Positions 9,679 through 18,546 of a DNA stretch of 64,000 bases are shown one piece after another. The stretch's first letter is position 1. Every line of letters starts with the position of its first letter. This stretch comes from Flavobacteriales bacterium (GTDB lineage Bacteria > Bacteroidota > Bacteroidia > Flavobacteriales > BACL11), in NCBI GenBank assembly GCA_018647945.1, contig JABGSE010000005.1:1491-65490 (forward strand), in the 5' to 3' direction. The position numbers were made by a program, and so were the translations under genes. The notes under the pieces were generated by a model. The model worked only from the letters and a program-made list of their open reading frames with translations. It made no database searches and was not told the origin of the DNA.

Positions 9679-12282
9679 TTGGCAAAAACGAAAACAAAAG
9701 TAAAAAAAGAAACTCCATTAATGACTCAATTTAATGGGATAAAAGCAAAGCACCCAGACGCTCTTTTACTTTTCCGTGTTGGAGATTTCTATGAAACTTT
9801 TGGAAAAGATGCCATAAAAGCATCTAAAATTTTAGGAATAGTACTTACCAGTCGAGCAAATGGTTCTTCCAAAATTGAACTTGCCGGTTTTCCACATCAT
9901 TCTATTGATACTTATTTACCTAAACTGGTAAGAGCAGGACAAAGAGTAGCCATTTGCGACCAATTAGAAGACCCAAAAATAACAAAAAATATTGTAAAAA
10001 GAGGAATTACAGAATTAGTAACACCTGGAGTTTCGTACAGAGACACCATCTCGGACCAAAAAAGCAATAACTTTTTAGCTTCTGTATTTTTTGGAACAGA
10101 AAATATTGGAGTTTCTTTTTTAGATAACTCTACGGGAGAATTTTTAGTGACAGAAGGAAAAGCAAATTATGTAGATAAATTATTACAAAGTTTCTCTCCT
10201 TCTGAAATTATTTTTGAAAAAGGAAAAAGAAAGGAATTTGAAAAAGAATTTGGAGACAGTTTTTTTACTCATATGCTGGACGATTGGATTTTTACAACTG
10301 ATTATTCCAACGAACTTTTATTGAATCAATTTAGCACTTCCTCCTTAAAAGGTTTTGGAATTGAAAAAATGGAAGAAGGAACCATATCGGCAGGTGCAGT
10401 ATTACACTACCTGAAAGAAACACACCACCATCTTACCAAACATATTTCTACAATAAGCAGAATAGAACAAGAAAAATATGTGTGGATGGACCGGTTTACC
10501 ATCCGAAATTTGGAATTGTTTTACTCTCCAAACGAACAAGCAAAAACCTTAATTGACGTATTAGACCATACCCTTTCTCCAATGGGAAGTAGAATGATAA
10601 AAAGGTGGGTAGCACTTCCTTTAAAAGAAAAAGATCAAATAAACAAGCGTTCAAATATTGTGTATCACCTTATAAAAGAAGATCACTTCCGAGAAAATAT
10701 TGAGGAAAATATAAAACAAATAGGAGATTTAGAACGATTAATCTCAAAAGTATCTACTGCCAGAGTATCTCCAAGAGAATGTAATCAGCTAAAAATAGCT
10801 TTAAATTGCATTACTCCTATAAAGGAAAGTTGTAAAACTTCAGGAAACACACAATTACAACTTGTAGGAAAACAACTAAATCCTTGCCAAAAGATTGCAG
10901 AAAAAATAGAAAATACTATTTCCGAAAATCCACCAGCACTAATACAAAAAGGGAATGTAATAAAGGAAGGGGTAAACTCTGAATTGGACGAACTCCGAAA
11001 TTTATCTAAATCTGGGAAAGATTATTTGCAACAAATACTAGAAAGAGAAACAGAAAAAACAGGAATATCATCCTTAAAAATATCGTTTAACAATGTATTC
11101 GGATATTACTTAGAAGTAAGAAATATACACAAAGAAAAAGTGCCTGAAGAGTGGATAAGGAAACAAACCTTAGTAAGTGCCGAGCGATATATAACAGAAG
11201 AACTAAAAGAGTACGAAAACAAAATACTATCTGCAGAGGAGAAAATAGCAGAATTAGAAGCCAAATTATATTTGGAGTTAGTAAATAGCATGTCGGAATA
11301 TGTGCAAACCATACAAATAAATGCACAACTTATTTCTCAGTTAGATTGTCTGTACTCTTTTGCAACAATTTCAAGAGCTAATAATTACAATAAAGCAACT
11401 ATAACAGACGGAACATCTATCTTAATAAAACAAGGAAGACATCCTGTAATAGAACAGCAATTAAATTCTGGTGAAAGTTACATCCCAAATGATGTACAAC
11501 TGGATAGAGAAAATCAGCAAATAATGATGATTACAGGACCAAACATGTCGGGGAAATCAGCACTATTAAGACAAACAGCACTAATTGTACTAATGGCACA
11601 AATAGGAAGTTTTGTACCTGCAGAAGCTGCTGAAATTGGAATAGTAGATAAAATTTTTACTAGAGTGGGAGCTTCCGATAACATCTCTATGGGAGAATCT
11701 ACTTTTATGGTAGAAATGAACGAGACAGCAAGTATCCTTAATAACCTTTCGGACAGGAGTTTAATTCTATTAGATGAGATTGGAAGAGGAACCTCAACTT
11801 ATGATGGAGTTTCTATAGCTTGGGCTATTACAGAATATTTACACGAAAATGAGTGTAAAGCCAAAACACTTTTTGCTACACATTATCATGAATTGAATGA
11901 TATGACCGAAACTTTTGACAGAATAAAAAACTTTAATGTATCGGTAAAGGAAGTCGGGAAAAAAATAATTTTTATCCGAACTTTAAAAGAAGGAGGATCG
12001 GAACACAGCTTTGGGATACATGTAGCCAAGATGGCTGGAATGCCAAAACAGATTATTAAAAAGAGCGAACAAATACTTAAAAAGCTAGAAAATAGCAGGA
12101 GAACAGAAGAAAATAAAAGTAAGATAAGCCAAAAAGACGATTTACAATTGAGCTTTTTTCAACTAGATGATCCAACGCTTATTCAGATAAGAGATGAGAT
12201 TACAGAAATAGATATCAATACTTTAACACCCGTAGAAGCACTGATGAAATTAAACGAAATAAAAAAACTTATAGGAAAGTAA
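9679..12282 (+). CDS. mutS: DNA mismatch repair protein MutS
   Basis: ..[32 protein letters not shown].., Walker A (GPNMSGKS) and ..[11 protein letters not shown].. are all present. I chose the in-frame TTG at 9679 ([15 protein letters not shown] resembles flavobacterial MutS N-termini). ATG 9721 is the conservative alternative. The ORF-track start at 9451 is antisense to trmH and was rejected. Confidence 0.93.
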   Translation: MAKTKTKVKKETPLMTQFNGIKAKHPDALLLFRVGDFYETFGKDAIKASKILGIVLTSRANGSSKIELAGFPHHSIDTYLPKLVRAGQRVAICDQLEDPKITKNIVKRGITELVTPGVSYRDTISDQKSNNFLASVFFGTENIGVSFLDNSTGEFLVTEGKANYVDKLLQSFSPSEIIFEKGKRKEFEKEFGDSFFTHMLDDWIFTTDYSNELLLNQFSTSSLKGFGIEKMEEGTISAGAVLHYLKETHHHLTKHISTISRIEQEKYVWMDRFTIRNLELFYSPNEQAKTLIDVLDHTLSPMGSRMIKRWVALPLKEKDQINKRSNIVYHLIKEDHFRENIEENIKQIGDLERLISKVSTARVSPRECNQLKIALNCITPIKESCKTSGNTQLQLVGKQLNPCQKIAEKIENTISENPPALIQKGNVIKEGVNSELDELRNLSKSGKDYLQQILERETEKTGISSLKISFNNVFGYYLEVRNIHKEKVPEEWIRKQTLVSAERYITEELKEYENKILSAEEKIAELEAKLYLELVNSMSEYVQTIQINAQLISQLDCLYSFATISRANNYNKATITDGTSILIKQGRHPVIEQQLNSGESYIPNDVQLDRENQQIMMITGPNMSGKSALLRQTALIVLMAQIGSFVPAEAAEIGIVDKIFTRVGASDNISMGESTFMVEMNETASILNNLSDRSLILLDEIGRGTSTYDGVSIAWAITEYLHENECKAKTLFATHYHELNDMTETFDRIKNFNVSVKEVGKKIIFIRTLKEGGSEHSFGIHVAKMAGMPKQIIKKSEQILKKLENSRRTEENKSKISQKDDLQLSFFQLDDPTLIQIRDEITEIDINTLTPVEALMKLNEIKKLIGK

Positions 12283-12312
12283 AAATTCGTTTTGTGGTAT
12301 TGAATATTTAAT

Positions 12313-12320
12313 TAAATTTG
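12313..12320 (+). promoter_or_regulatory. Bacteroidota-type -7 promoter box (TAAATTTG) for the tRNA pair
   Basis: TAnnTTTG match 11 nt upstream of tRNA-Gly. A TTG lies about 21 nt upstream at 12292-12294. Confidence 0.45.
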
Positions 12321-12330
12321 CCGACCCAAT

Positions 12331-12403
12331 GCGAGTGTAGCTCAGGGGTAGAGCATCACCTTGCCAAGGTGAGGGTCGTGGGTCCGAATCCCATCACTCG
12401 CTC
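12331..12403 (+). tRNA. tRNA-Gly (anticodon GCC)
   Basis: I folded the cloverleaf by hand. The acceptor stem is gcgagtg/cactcgc, the anticodon stem is tcacc/ggtga with loop ttGCCaa, and the T stem is gtggg/cccat. No CCA is encoded. The T-loop reads TCCGAAT instead of TTCGAAT. Confidence 0.9.
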
Positions 12404-12427
12404 AAAAGTTCTTAATAAAAAACACCA

Positions 12428-12513
12428 GCCCGGGTGGTGGAATTGGTAGACACGTTGGACTTAAAATCCAATGGACAGTAATGTCCGTACGGGTTCAAGT
12501 CCCGTCCCGGGTA
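12428..12513 (+). tRNA. tRNA-Leu (anticodon TAA), class II with long variable arm
   Basis: The acceptor stem is gcccggg/cccgggt (G1-U72 wobble) with A73. The anticodon stem is ttgga/tccaa with loop ctTAAaa. The variable arm is ggaca-gtaa-tgtcc and the T arm is acggg-ttcaagt-cccgt. Confidence 0.93.
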
Positions 12514-12549
12514 CAAAAAAAGGCTGAAGATATCTTCAGCCTTTTTTTA
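12514..12549. terminator. bidirectional rho-independent terminator
   Basis: A-run, then stem aggctgaag / cttcagcct with loop atat, then a T7 run. It sits between the tRNA-Leu 3' end and the stop of the convergent CotH gene. Confidence 0.8.
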
Positions 12550-12559
12550 TTTGTAAATA

Positions 12560-15500
12560 TTATCTAATTATAAATAAATTCCCAAAATCTTGGTGTTTCC
12601 AACCTTCAAAATCTTGGTAATAAATCTCGTAAATATAAGTTGCCATTAAAAGTGGGGTACCTGTTTCTTGGTAGTTTCCATCCCAACCATTGTTACAATC
12701 CAAATCGTGAATATTGGTTGTAGAATAGACTATATTCGAAAATCTGTCGTACACATTAAATAGAAAAGTTGCTTCTCTTATTCCGTTATAAGAAATACAA
12801 AATTTATCATTTATTTGATCGTTATCTGGAGTGAAAGAATTCGGAATATAAATCCAATATTCATTTGTAATTATAACATTTCTAAAGGTTGTATCCTTAC
12901 ATCCAAAATCATCTTCTATTATTAGTGAAACAGTATAACTTCCTGCAGAGTCCTTAAAATAATGATATGGATTTTGAGAAAAATCAGCGATTGTATTATC
13001 TCCAAAATTCCAATTCCAATTTACAATATTTCCTTCAGAATCATCAACAAAATTACTTTCAGAACTTAAAATAGTCATTGTGTCAGGATTAGCATGAAAA
13101 GCAGAAATAGGAGCTTCTAAAACATTAATAAAAGCTTGCCCACTAATTCCTCCTACTTCATTTGCATCCGAAAAATTAATAAGTGTATATTCTCCCTCAT
13201 TTTTACTGCTAATAACATAAGGATTTAGCAAAGTTGTTATTGAAGGATGAGGAATTCCATTGTGCTTATATGTAAAAGTAAATGGAGCCACTCCACTAAA
13301 AGAGACGCTCACCTCAGCCATATCTTTTCCATTATCACAAATAGTATCATTTCCAGAGATAAACGCTTCAATTGTAGGAAGTTCATAAATATGAAGAACT
13401 ACTGTATCATGAAAGTTTACATAAAATGAATCTGTAGGATTTGTATTGAAAGGCATCATAATTACAGAATCTGTTTCCCAATAGTCAAACCCCCAAAGTG
13501 GATCAATCTGAGGGACAACCGTAACAGTATCTCCTATTGTATAATTTACTGAAGTTGGAAAAACACTCATATTAACCCCATTTATATCTATTGAAGTTGT
13601 AGTTCCTGCAGGATCTATTTTATACACGATATCTCTTGTTGGCGTTGGAGGGATAAAATTTGCTATTACAGTTACATCACCTTGCAATTCAAATGCTAAG
13701 GTATCTAAAATAGGGTCGTATAAGTAAACACCTGCTGGTAACACCTCCCAATACTGAAAAGTACCACTTTTCACTTCAAATGGAAGAACCACTCCTCCAA
13801 ATCTGCTATAAACTTGCGGGATATTAGTTTCATTAATTATATTATTATCACTCATTTCCACCTCACCAATTCCAATAATTTCTACTGTCACATCATATGG
13901 TCCTGATAAATCTGGATAACATGGGATAAAACCATTGTTCATAATACTGCACCTAGCAAGTATAAAGTCTCTCATATCCTGAACATTGGATTGCCATGTA
14001 GCGTAATTCCCTCCCCAAGTTGCAATTTGTCGTGGCATTTCAGGGTCAATAACATCAATCATACTATCTAGTATATTTATCATATTATCACAAGATAAGT
14101 CTGAAGTTGCTAAATCCTGCCATCTATTTATATAATCATCAAAGAACTCTTCATTTGTAAGCATCTCATTCCAAATAGGAACATGCCCTTGGCCTCCGGG
14201 ATCACTCAAACTACTCGGATCGCAAGGATCTGCATTTACAGACATAGTAGGGACTCCAGTATAATTCGTTCCATGATCAAAGGTATTATCCATATCCCAT
14301 AAAGTATATCTCCATTTCTTTTTATCTCCATTAGGATCCATTCCTCTCCACCATCCTGTATTCCAGTTTAACCAATCTGCACAAACTACATAAGAATTCA
14401 ATAAAAAATAGTCAATTAAGCTTCCTGTATTATATTGAGATTTTGCAGTATTATAATTTGCTTGTATGTTCATAGGGTTTGTCGCAACATAAGCAACAAA
14501 ATTATCCCAATCTGGTTGCGCATTTGGAGCTCCGTATTCCGTCCATGTTCCACCCCAAGTTTTTAAATATTGTAAATTATTTTTATCCTGATCATAGTAA
14601 TAATCGGTAAAATCATGATCATCTGTTTTTTCTCTCATTTCATAAACCCCCCAATATGATCCATCTAAATAAACAATACAGGAAGTAGTTGATCGTTCAT
14701 CTAATCGCAAGTCTGCAAGTTGAGATAAATGATTGACATAAGCATCTCTAATGTGAGCCCCTGATCCTCCATAAGAAAATGGATAATTATCATTCGCGGC
14801 AGCTTTAACAATAACTCTTTGAAATTTTTCTCTATCTTTCGTCATAAAAAGTTTATCCTGAAGTGCGTGATTATATCCAAATTGATCTCTCATTACATAA
14901 TCAAACCCTCTCTGGTCGTACGCCCAAGAATCATTTCCATGTTTATTATACTCTCCCATTCCTTTATCTATGATATTACCATCTTTATCAAACCACTCTA
15001 TAGTGCCCTCTGGTTCTAATGATGAAGATCCCCATCCTCCATCTAATAAATCCAAAACTTCATCCCCAGAAATTGACAGAATTGGAATAGTGTGAGTGTC
15101 ATCAACAAAGTAAGTACAGTATTCAATGAAAGAGGGAAGAATATTAGGATTCGAATTATAAGCAACCGCTTTTAAAACTGTGGTTTGAGTAAAAGTTATA
15201 GGAGTAGTATATTGAGTAGATGTATTGTCAGGTCTTCTGCCGTCAGTAGTATAATATATGGTTACGTTAGGATCAGCTGATGTTATTATTACTTGTGCAG
15301 ATCCGCTATAATATCCTGAAGGGATAGAAAAAATAGGAGTAGAAGAGTATCGTTCAAATGCCCCTGTATTTGCAATAGTAGGAGTTGCATTATCAAATAC
15401 AGACCAAATAGAACTTCCATTTGTTTCTCTACCTGTTGAGTGAGATTTAATATTTGGACGGACAGTTATAGAATCTAACAAAACTTGAGAAGCGTCCGAA

Positions 15501-15853
15501 AGAATGAACACCTCATTTCCTTTTGTCTGTGTTATTTTAAAATTTGTATGGGCAAAACCCCCGCTTACTTCATCTCTACCAGAACAAAAAACAATTCCAA
15601 CATCATTTGCGGGAATAATAAATGAAGACGGCACTTGCCATTTTGTTGGGTTGATTACTTTATCAGATAAATAATATCCATTAATATCAATTGGTGCGGC
15701 AGAACTATTGTAAATCTCTAACCAATCCCGATAGTCTCCATAATTATCCTGATAACTATCATAATTTGCAGCCGAATATTCATTTATTACCAATTGAGCA
15801 TTTGAATGGTTTATGAAAATAAAAGCAAATATTAATATTATAAATTTTTTCAT
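12560..15853 (-). CDS. secreted CotH-family protein with N-terminal lamin-tail domain, FN3-associated/chitobiase-C-like repeat, PKD domain and T9SS type B C-terminal sorting domain
   Basis: 1097 aa with a signal peptide. LTD-like LVINEYSAAN..DWLEIYN.. is at the N-terminus. TIYYTTDGRRPDNTSTQYTTPITF is the Chb/HEX-C-like motif. The central region looks CotH-like (..VYLDGSYWGVYEMREKTD..). The PKD domain is WNWNFGDNT..GSYTVSLIIEDDFGCKDT. The C-terminal YIPNSFTPDNDQINDKF marks the gliding-motility C-terminal (type B) domain. Confidence 0.8.
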   Translation of the reverse strand: MKKFIILIFAFIFINHSNAQLVINEYSAANYDSYQDNYGDYRDWLEIYNSSAAPIDINGYYLSDKVINPTKWQVPSSFIIPANDVGIVFCSGRDEVSGGFAHTNFKITQTKGNEVFILSDASQVLLDSITVRPNIKSHSTGRETNGSSIWSVFDNATPTIANTGAFERYSSTPIFSIPSGYYSGSAQVIITSADPNVTIYYTTDGRRPDNTSTQYTTPITFTQTTVLKAVAYNSNPNILPSFIEYCTYFVDDTHTIPILSISGDEVLDLLDGGWGSSSLEPEGTIEWFDKDGNIIDKGMGEYNKHGNDSWAYDQRGFDYVMRDQFGYNHALQDKLFMTKDREKFQRVIVKAAANDNYPFSYGGSGAHIRDAYVNHLSQLADLRLDERSTTSCIVYLDGSYWGVYEMREKTDDHDFTDYYYDQDKNNLQYLKTWGGTWTEYGAPNAQPDWDNFVAYVATNPMNIQANYNTAKSQYNTGSLIDYFLLNSYVVCADWLNWNTGWWRGMDPNGDKKKWRYTLWDMDNTFDHGTNYTGVPTMSVNADPCDPSSLSDPGGQGHVPIWNEMLTNEEFFDDYINRWQDLATSDLSCDNMINILDSMIDVIDPEMPRQIATWGGNYATWQSNVQDMRDFILARCSIMNNGFIPCYPDLSGPYDVTVEIIGIGEVEMSDNNIINETNIPQVYSRFGGVVLPFEVKSGTFQYWEVLPAGVYLYDPILDTLAFELQGDVTVIANFIPPTPTRDIVYKIDPAGTTTSIDINGVNMSVFPTSVNYTIGDTVTVVPQIDPLWGFDYWETDSVIMMPFNTNPTDSFYVNFHDTVVLHIYELPTIEAFISGNDTICDNGKDMAEVSVSFSGVAPFTFTYKHNGIPHPSITTLLNPYVISSKNEGEYTLINFSDANEVGGISGQAFINVLEAPISAFHANPDTMTILSSESNFVDDSEGNIVNWNWNFGDNTIADFSQNPYHYFKDSAGSYTVSLIIEDDFGCKDTTFRNVIITNEYWIYIPNSFTPDNDQINDKFCISYNGIREATFLFNVYDRFSNIVYSTTNIHDLDCNNGWDGNYQETGTPLLMATYIYEIYYQDFEGWKHQDFGNLFIIR

Positions 15854-15965
15854 AACTGCAAATATAACAATTTAACTAATATTATGAAAATATTTCATAA
15901 TCATTTTATCCGTTCATCAATGAATATAAAGATAATTATTAATGTTATTTATTCCTCTAATTTTA

Positions 15966-15973
15966 TAATTTTG
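15966..15973 (+). promoter_or_regulatory. Bacteroidota-type -7 promoter box (TAATTTTG) for the decarboxylase operon
   Basis: TAnnTTTG match 24 nt upstream of ATG 15997. Confidence 0.4.
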
Positions 15974-15996
15974 TAGAAAATTTCAAAAACCAAAAA

Positions 15997-17367
15997 ATGG
16001 CAAAAAAAATAGTTGACGATTTAAAAATTTTTAATTCCTTAGTTGATGATTTACTAAAAGAGGAGAAGGAAAAAGGAATTTCTACAAGAATTGAGGCTGA
16101 TAAACTTTTTGACCAACTTGATATATCCTTATCAGAAAATGCGATTGAAGATGAAGACTTTACAACTATTCTTAGGTCACTAATTTTAAACACTCCAAAA
16201 ACTTCTGGAAAATTATTTTTTAACCAATTGTATGGAGGAAGAGAAAGTAAATCTGTTTTAGGAGATTTGTTGGCCGTAATATTAAATAACAGCATGGCTA
16301 CTTACAAAATTGCTGGACCTATGGTTGTTGTGGAAAAAGAAATAATCAATAAAGTATGCGAGTTAATTTCTTATCCGAAAAGCAGTGGAGGAACATTCCC
16401 AACCGGAGGAAGTATGAGTAATTTTATGGCTCTTATTATCGCAAGAGACAAAAAAGATAATGAGATAAAAAATAAAGGAAATTGTTCAAACTTAATTTGT
16501 TATAGCTCGGTGAACTCTCATTATTCAATTGGGAAAAATGCATCATTCGCAGGAATTGGCAGAGATAATGTTCGATATATTTCAGCAAATGAAAAGGGTG
16601 AAATAATTTCATCTGAATTAGAAAATGCAATTATAAACGATATCGAAAATGGGAATACTCCATTTTTTGTAAATGCTACTGTAGGAACAACCGTTATGGG
16701 AGCAATTGATCCAATAGATGAAATAAGTAAAATCTGTAAAAAGCATAATATTTGGTTTCATATTGATGGATCATATTCAGGAACTGTTATTTTTTCCAAA
16801 AAATACAAACATTTAATAAAAGGGGTAGAAAATTCTGACTCATTTTGTTTTAACGCCCATAAAACTTTAGGAACTCCTCTTTCTACATCTATTTTTGTTT
16901 TAAGAGATGAAAAATATTTACACAATTCTTTCAATAATGAAGCTGATTATTTGTACCAAACAGACAACTCAAATTTTAATTTGGGGCAAACTTCTTTTGA
17001 ATGTGGAAGAAGAAACAATGCTTTAAAATTCTGGACACTTTGGAAATCGGTTGGAACAAACGGAATTGCAGAAATGGTAGAACACAACTATTATTTAGCA
17101 AATGTTGCAAGAGAGTACATCAGAAATAATGATAATTACAAATTATATAGTTTTGACGATAGTTTGTCAATTTGTTTTAATTATAAAAATTTAGATCCAG
17201 AAGAGATATGTATAAAACTTTACCACGCTAATAAACTTATGGTTGGTTTTGGGATGCATAAAACTGATAAGTTCATCAGGTTAGTAAGTATAAACAGAGA
17301 AAACACAAAAGAAGATATTCTTAATTTCTTTAAAATTTTAGAAGAATTTACAAATCAAAATGACTAA
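15997..17367 (+). CDS. group II pyridoxal-phosphate-dependent amino-acid decarboxylase (substrate unknown)
   Basis: 456 aa with ..GGSMSNFMALIIAR.., ..WFHIDGSYSG.. and the PLP-lysine motif ..FNAHKTLGTPL.., typical of GAD/CSAD/DABA/aspartate decarboxylase-type enzymes. Confidence 0.85.
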   Translation: MAKKIVDDLKIFNSLVDDLLKEEKEKGISTRIEADKLFDQLDISLSENAIEDEDFTTILRSLILNTPKTSGKLFFNQLYGGRESKSVLGDLLAVILNNSMATYKIAGPMVVVEKEIINKVCELISYPKSSGGTFPTGGSMSNFMALIIARDKKDNEIKNKGNCSNLICYSSVNSHYSIGKNASFAGIGRDNVRYISANEKGEIISSELENAIINDIENGNTPFFVNATVGTTVMGAIDPIDEISKICKKHNIWFHIDGSYSGTVIFSKKYKHLIKGVENSDSFCFNAHKTLGTPLSTSIFVLRDEKYLHNSFNNEADYLYQTDNSNFNLGQTSFECGRRNNALKFWTLWKSVGTNGIAEMVEHNYYLANVAREYIRNNDNYKLYSFDDSLSICFNYKNLDPEEICIKLYHANKLMVGFGMHKTDKFIRLVSINRENTKEDILNFFKILEEFTNQND

Positions 17368-18022
17368 TAAGGATTTCATTATTATACTTGCATGGCCAGA
17401 AGGAATGGTAACAGCTTCTGGAGCTTGGTACGATAAAATAATTTCTACTAATGGGAAATATAGAGTCGGACATTCGGCACTTATTTTGGTAGATTATTCA
17501 ACTGGAAAGTTACATTATTTTGATTTTGGAAGATACCACACATCAAACGGATACGGAAGAATTAGAGATACTGAAACGGACCCTGATGTTGAAATAAAAC
17601 AACTTGCAATTATTGAAAATAATGAAATTAAAAATATTGAAAATCTTTTAATTGAAGTGGCAAATAACACATCTTATCATGGAGATGGCCGTCTTTACTC
17701 ATCAGTAGTTTCAAATATAAATTTTAAATCTGCATTTAATTATGCGAAAAAATGGCAAGAAAAAGATGAGATTCCATATGGTCCTTTTGTGTGTAACGGA
17801 ACCAATTGCTCCCGATTTGTAGCGAAAATTAGCAGAAAAGCAGAGCCTTCTTTTCTGAAAACATTAAGATTAAAATTTCCTTTCTGTATTTCCCCTTCTC
17901 CAAAAAGAAATGTAAGCATTGGAAACTCAGAATATTTTATTGTTGAAGGAATAGAGTGTAAAAAAATAAACAAAAGTAAACTGAGAGGATATTTCAGTGG
18001 AATTGAAAATGCAAATGTATAA
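17360..18022 (+). CDS. hypothetical protein; putative permuted papain-fold (LRAT/PPPDE-like) thiol enzyme
   Basis: 220 aa. Its ATG overlaps the decarboxylase stop by 8 nt. His38 (VGHSALILV) and His52 (KLHYFDFG) are followed by Cys150 in NCSRFV (codon 17807-17809). This order and context resemble the NCEHF/NCNHF motif of permuted NlpC/P60-type enzymes. Confidence 0.5.
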   Translation: MTNKDFIIILAWPEGMVTASGAWYDKIISTNGKYRVGHSALILVDYSTGKLHYFDFGRYHTSNGYGRIRDTETDPDVEIKQLAIIENNEIKNIENLLIEVANNTSYHGDGRLYSSVVSNINFKSAFNYAKKWQEKDEIPYGPFVCNGTNCSRFVAKISRKAEPSFLKTLRLKFPFCISPSPKRNVSIGNSEYFIVEGIECKKINKSKLRGYFSGIENANV

Positions 18023-18290
18023 ACCAAATAATATACCAACCGATTCTCAATTTTTAAAAGGAATAGGAGCGTCTGCATGGTTTCATATTTCTGAAGAAGA
18101 AAATAATTTCAGAATTAAAAGATTTTCTGAAGAAGGGAAACTAGAATGCTCCAGGATTTTTAGTATAAACAACACTGATTTTAACATTCATTCACCTTTC
18201 CAATTCACTTATACCTCTCATTGTAAAAAGTGTACTATCATACAAAATAACAATACATATATTTTTAAAACCAACGATTATGAATATTAA
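18009..18290 (+). CDS. hypothetical small protein
   Basis: ORF overlapping the upstream stop, with candidate starts GTG 17997, ATG 18009 and ATG 18015. I recognise no family. It contains three Cys (..LECSR.., ..HCKKC..). Confidence 0.55.
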   Translation: MQMYKPNNIPTDSQFLKGIGASAWFHISEEENNFRIKRFSEEGKLECSRIFSINNTDFNIHSPFQFTYTSHCKKCTIIQNNNTYIFKTNDYEY

Positions 18291-18510
18291 AATTTATGGG
18301 GCAGATTGGTGTCCAGACTGTGTAAATGCTAAAAATTTCCTAAATTCAAAAGGAATAGAATTTGAATACATTGTAATTACTGATAATGATGAAGCAATTG
18401 CTTTTTTAGAAAAAGTAAATAACGGAAAACGAATAATTCCTACTTTATTAATTGATGGGGAAACACATACAAATCCAGGAATTAATGGATTAATGAATAT
18501 ATTTAAATAA
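18280..18510 (+). CDS. glutaredoxin-like / thioredoxin-fold protein (CPDC active site)
   Basis: 76 aa. IKIYGADWCPDCVNAKNFL..GKRIIPTLLIDG.. is the classic Grx/NrdH-like layout. It overlaps the upstream stop by 11 nt. Confidence 0.8.
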   Translation: MNIKIYGADWCPDCVNAKNFLNSKGIEFEYIVITDNDEAIAFLEKVNNGKRIIPTLLIDGETHTNPGINGLMNIFK

Positions 18511-18546
18511 TAACACTATTTTTGCAATCAATATCATACCAAATAA

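Noticed and set aside
12331-15853. Possible genomic island integrated at the tRNA-Gly/tRNA-Leu pair (the large CotH gene sits right next to the tRNAs)
   Set aside because: There is no integrase, transposase or phage gene. I could find no direct repeat of the tRNA 3' end. A shared bidirectional terminator suggests a long-standing arrangement.
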